From Antechinus flavipes (lineage: Eukaryota): a stretch of 64,000 bases of DNA. Below the pieces are notes generated by a model. That model worked only from the letters and a program-made list of their open reading frames with translations, was not told the origin of the DNA and made no database searches. Positions 60,251 to 64,000 of the stretch are shown here, in pieces; the first letter of the stretch is position 1; each line of letters starts with the position of its first letter. Both the position numbers and the translations under genes were made by a program. The stretch is from the NCBI RefSeq assembly GCF_016432865.1, contig NC_067400.1, forward strand, positions 177,816,001 through 177,880,000, written 5' to 3'.

Positions 60251-60960
60251 ACATATAGGCAATTCTTTAATATTATAAAAAGTAAAATAAAGTGCTGATC
60301 TTCATTGTAGTTGCTAATGAAATTACAGGACTAGCAATATATATACTTCCACTTGCTCATCAGAAATTTTAAAAAATTGTTGATTATAAAGCTTTATTCT
60401 TTCTCACTCTGTCACCTGAATCAGCCGTTTTTCCATTCTGCCTGTCATCAGGTTGTAAGAGGTAAAAGTGGTCTGTCTTCAAGGTGGTAAAAGCACCAAT
60501 TCAGCACTTTGGCCTCCCTTCAGGATCTTATTATGTTTGGTATCACTTTCCAGAAAATTTGCTTTTCAGCAGGAAGGGAAAAGGATGAAAATGAAAAGAA
60601 AAAGGTATAGAAGCTCACCAAATGGTGCTAATCTATATCAAATGGACCTGAGATCAGGGATCTCATATTGGCTCACACTGCCCTTCACAATGACACCATC
60701 AGTTGTTTAAAGAGTCACATATGAGCACTTTCTCCTGACCATTGAGGAACATATCAACAGTATCACTTTTCCTTTACTACTATGCTCTCTCCCTTAAATG
60801 AGTTTTGTTAAGAAGTAACAGCAGAAAGAGAGGTAATTGAATTGTAGGAAAGACAAATTACTTAAAGGACCAGAATCTCATACTCCTGTAAAATGACTCT
60901 CTATATTTATCAGAAAATGTGTCCTTTTTTCTTACCTTCATTAATATTAATAATTTTCCT

Positions 60961-61161
60961 GTTGTTTCTGTGGCATTTTCTTGACAAAGATACTGGAATG
61001 GTTCCTCATTTCCTTTTCCAGTTCATTTTACAGAGGAGGAAACTGAAGGGGATAGGGTTACATGACTTCCCAGAGTCACACAGTTAGTATCTGAGGCCAG
61101 ATTTAAACTCGTCTTCCTGACTCCAGGCCTACTGTTCTACCCACTATAACATCTAGCTGCC
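60961..61161 (-). mobile_element. CORE-SINE (MAR1-type)
   Basis: ttttcttgacaaagatactggaatgg...cttcctgactccagg...atctagctgcc. Confidence 0.8.
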
Positions 61162-61169
61162 TTTAATTT

Positions 61170-61524
61170 AATTTATTTTTTTAAATAATGGCTTTAAAAA
61201 TACATGCAAAGATAGTTTTCAATGTTCACTCTTGCAAAACATTGTGTTCCAAATTTTTCTCCCTCCTTTACCCCCACTCCCTTCCTCTAGAAAGCAAGTA
61301 CTCCAAAATAGGTTAAATATGTGCAATTCTTCTAAACATTTCCATACATGCTCCACAGGAAAAATAAGATCAAAAAGGGGGAGGGGGGGGACGAGGGGAA
61401 AAAAAGCAAGCAAGCAGCAACAACAACAAAAATGGTGAAAATACTGTTGTGATCCATATTCAATCTCCATGGTCCTCTTTCTGGATGCAAATGGCTCTCT
61501 TCAACATGAGTTTATAGAAATTAT
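61170..61524 (-). mobile_element. L1 3' fragment with 12-bp TSD
   Basis: L1 3'UTR; TSD tgcctttaattt at 61158-61169 and 61525-61536. Confidence 0.8.
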
Positions 61525-62967
61525 TGCCTTTAATTTTAATAATAGATAACATTTACATAGTATTTTTGTAAAATGATTTAAATATGGTATCATTTGATCA
61601 TAACAACTCTGAAGGATGGATTATTATCCCCATTTTATAGGAAACTAAGGCAGATGGAGACTAAATGACTTGCCCAGTAAGCATCTGAGGCAGGATTCTA
61701 ATTTAGATCTTTCTGACTCCAGCTCCATCTTCTAGCTCCGGATGCTAGGCTGTTGGATTCCAAGTACAACAACAATACTTGCTGTGCCATCTAGCTGGCT
61801 AGTGGGAAAGAGGATAAGGAAATGGGATTTTCCCATTACCAAGTGAGAATTCTCAATGATTTCTTAATAGTATGACATTAGGCAATCCACTTCTTTTTTT
61901 TACAGTTTCCTTACATGTGAAGTGAGTGGATTAGACTAGAATTATTCTATTTTAAAACAGGAAAAGGAAACAGTTATTTAGTCTTGACCGCCATCATTTT
62001 ACAAATGTGAAGGGAGATTTGGATGGATTTTTCCATTTGTATTTCCCATTGGTTGTTCACACTGTGAGGATCAAATGGCCATAGTGAGCAGAAAATAGGA
62101 CAAATTGAGGCAACTTACTCATAGTCATGCATTTCAATAATGGCAGGACTAGAATTAGAATTCAGGTTTCCTAGAGTCATAAGCTTTAGGATCATAGATC
62201 TAGAGCTGACAAGAGACTTTTGAGATCATCTAGCCCAATTTCCCCATTTTATAAAATAAGAAACAGACTCAGGTTAGAAAAACCCTAACTCAGGGAAGCT
62301 TCATGGGTCTATGCAATAGTGGAAGGGAAAGAAGCTAAAGAGTGAACAAGGGAAACCAGAGACAAATGAGAGAGAATAAGAAGTCAAAAAAGAAAGGCCA
62401 AAAGGAAAAAAACGAGTAAAATCTAGTTAAGTGACTTAACCAAGGTCTCAAAGGTAGGAGTAGTAGAACCAGAATTTAAATTCAGATCCTCAGATTTGTA
62501 AACCTGTATTTTTTCTATTATACCACATTTCTTTCACCAGATTAAGTTTGAAGAGAACTTAAGTTTGAAGGTTATTTAGACCAGCTACTAATTGAGCCTG
62601 AATCTTATCTATAATGTCCCAAGTTCTTATCTATAATGTCTACAGCTTCTACTTGAAGACTTGCATTGACTAAGGAGCTTATAATCACATAAAACTTACT
62701 ATTGTACTACTAGATCTATCATGACAGAAATATCTCCAAGGCCCTGTGGTGTCAAAATTGAACTAGCACAATGCAGAAATTATAGAGGCAGGAAAAACTT
62801 AGGTTTTATTATTATGTTTAAGCATAAGTTCAGAAGTCAGACAAAAAAATAAATCTGAACAACCATTAGGATTCTTAGAAGGCCTCATAAGCAAAAATAC
62901 ATTAGAGTGATAGAGAAATAATTCTTTTACATGTTGCAATCTTATCTATTCCTCTTAGGCCATCAAA

Positions 62968-63422
62968 GTTTGTTTTTCTTTCCTCCTCCAACAGCATTTT
63001 ATTTTTTTCAATTACACATAAAGATAGTTTTCAACATTCATTTTTGTAAGACTTCATGTTCCAAATTTTTTCTTCTTCCCTCCCTTACTACCCCCCTCCC
63101 CAAGACAGCAAGCAATCTGATGTAAGTTAAACAAAAAAAAAAAAAATTATTTTAAACATTTCCATATTTGTTATGTTATACAAGAAAAATCAGATAAAAA
63201 GGGAAGAAACCATGAGAAAAAAGTGAACAAAGGTAAAAGTACTATGCTTCGATACACATTCAGTCTCCACAGTTCTCTCTCTGGATGCAGATAGTATTTC
63301 CCATCCAAAGTCATTGGAATTGTCTTAAATCACTGCATTGCTAAGAGCCAAGTCCATCACAGTCATCACTTAATTTTGCTAGTGCTATGTACAATTTTCT
63401 CTTGATTCTGCTAATTTCACCC
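62968..63422 (-). mobile_element. L1 3'UTR fragment truncated by the ERV insertion
   Basis: aagatagttttcaacattcatttttgtaagac...ctctggatgcagatagtatttcc...ttgattctgctaatttcac. Confidence 0.8.
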
Positions 63423-63622
63423 TGTGTATTGGGCTGAGACTTGAGTTGATGCACTGAGGTCCCAAGCACATGAGGCTAAATAGTAATTGGACCATACTCT
63501 ATTAATATATAATCTTGGAGAAAGAATGGCCCCCGCCCACTCTTTGTGCAAGTCCTGATGTGTTGTATAGGAAATGACGATTTTGGTGGGTGGAGGCAGG
63601 GAAGTGGAAAAGGAAGATGGCT
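63423..63622 (+). mobile_element. Probable LTR U3 segment of a class II ERV
   Basis: Starts with TG exactly where the L1 sequence stops; GC-box-like ccccgccc and TA-rich element; abuts RT coding sequence; LTR identity rests on recall and context only. Confidence 0.55.
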
Positions 63623-64000
63623 CTGTGGATAGAACAGTGGCCCTTAAGTAGCGATAAAATTCAGGCCTTATTAGATATAGTACAGGAGCAGCTTGAACAA
63701 GGGCATTTACAACCTTCTCTAAGTCCTTGGAATTCCCCAGTGTTCATTGTAAAAAAGAAATCGGGAAAATGGAGGATGTTCACTGATTTAAGAAAAGTGA
63801 ATGAACAGATGGAAACTATGGGAACTCTTCAGCCTGGACTTTCATCTCCTACTCAATTGCCTAGAGAGTGGCCTCTTTGGGTCATCGATATTAAGGATTG
63901 TTTCTATTCTATCCCTCTGGATAAGGAGGATATGAAAAGATTTGCCTTTTCAGTGCCCAGCGTTAACTTAGCTGAGCCTTATAAAAGATATGAATGGACA
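63617..64000 (+). CDS. pol: Betaretrovirus-like (class II ERV) reverse transcriptase N-terminal ORF, open to the window end
   Basis: 128 codons without a stop: MALWIEQWPLSSDKIQALLDIVQEQLEQGHLQPSLSPWNSPVFIVKKKSGKWRMFTDLRKVNEQMETMGTLQPGLSSPTQLPREWPLWVIDIKDCFYSIPLDKEDMKRFAFSVPSVNLAEPYKRYEWT; contains WxEQWPL, SPWNSPVF, KWR..DLR, DIKDCF and RFAFSVP. Confidence 0.93.
   Translation, partial: MALWIEQWPLSSDKIQALLDIVQEQLEQGHLQPSLSPWNSPVFIVKKKSGKWRMFTDLRKVNEQMETMGTLQPGLSSPTQLPREWPLWVIDIKDCFYSIPLDKEDMKRFAFSVPSVNLAEPYKRYEWT

Noticed and set aside
52700-63400. Last exon of the convergent neighbour ECRG4 (adjacent to UXS1 in human, from recall)
   Set aside because: I found no minus-strand sequence encoding the C-terminal ...GASVNYDDY motif; it probably lies beyond the window.

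Overview
This is eukaryotic, AT-rich genomic DNA from a marsupial; the SINE/L1/RTE/ERV landscape looks dasyurid (Tasmanian-devil-like), but the species is inferred. The only host gene is the 3' part of UXS1 (UDP-glucuronate decarboxylase 1 / UDP-xylose synthase) on the + strand. It has 8 coding exons between 146 and 51876, all GT-AG with consistent phases, encoding the C-terminal ~233 aa including STSEVY, YxxxK and the Arg361 equivalent, followed by a 3'UTR with AATAAA at 52619. The rest is intron or intergenic DNA full of CORE-SINEs, L1, L2 and RTE fragments and LTR elements. The 20.5-kb intron 15244-35741 holds about 7 kb of LTR/ERV sequence. Best candidates for new biology: (1) an LTR inversion whose two breakpoints are LTR att termini joined to one 4-bp duplicated target, which looks like a fossil autointegration product (25543-26754); (2) an LTR family whose U5 consists of stacked 'LTR terminus + tRNA-Glu PBS' units (19867-20010 and relatives); (3) a stop-free betaretroviral RT frame fused to an LTR-derived ATG at the right window edge (63617-64000), missed by the ORF track. 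Repeat family names come from recall of consensus sequences, not database searches, and most repeat boundaries are approximate.
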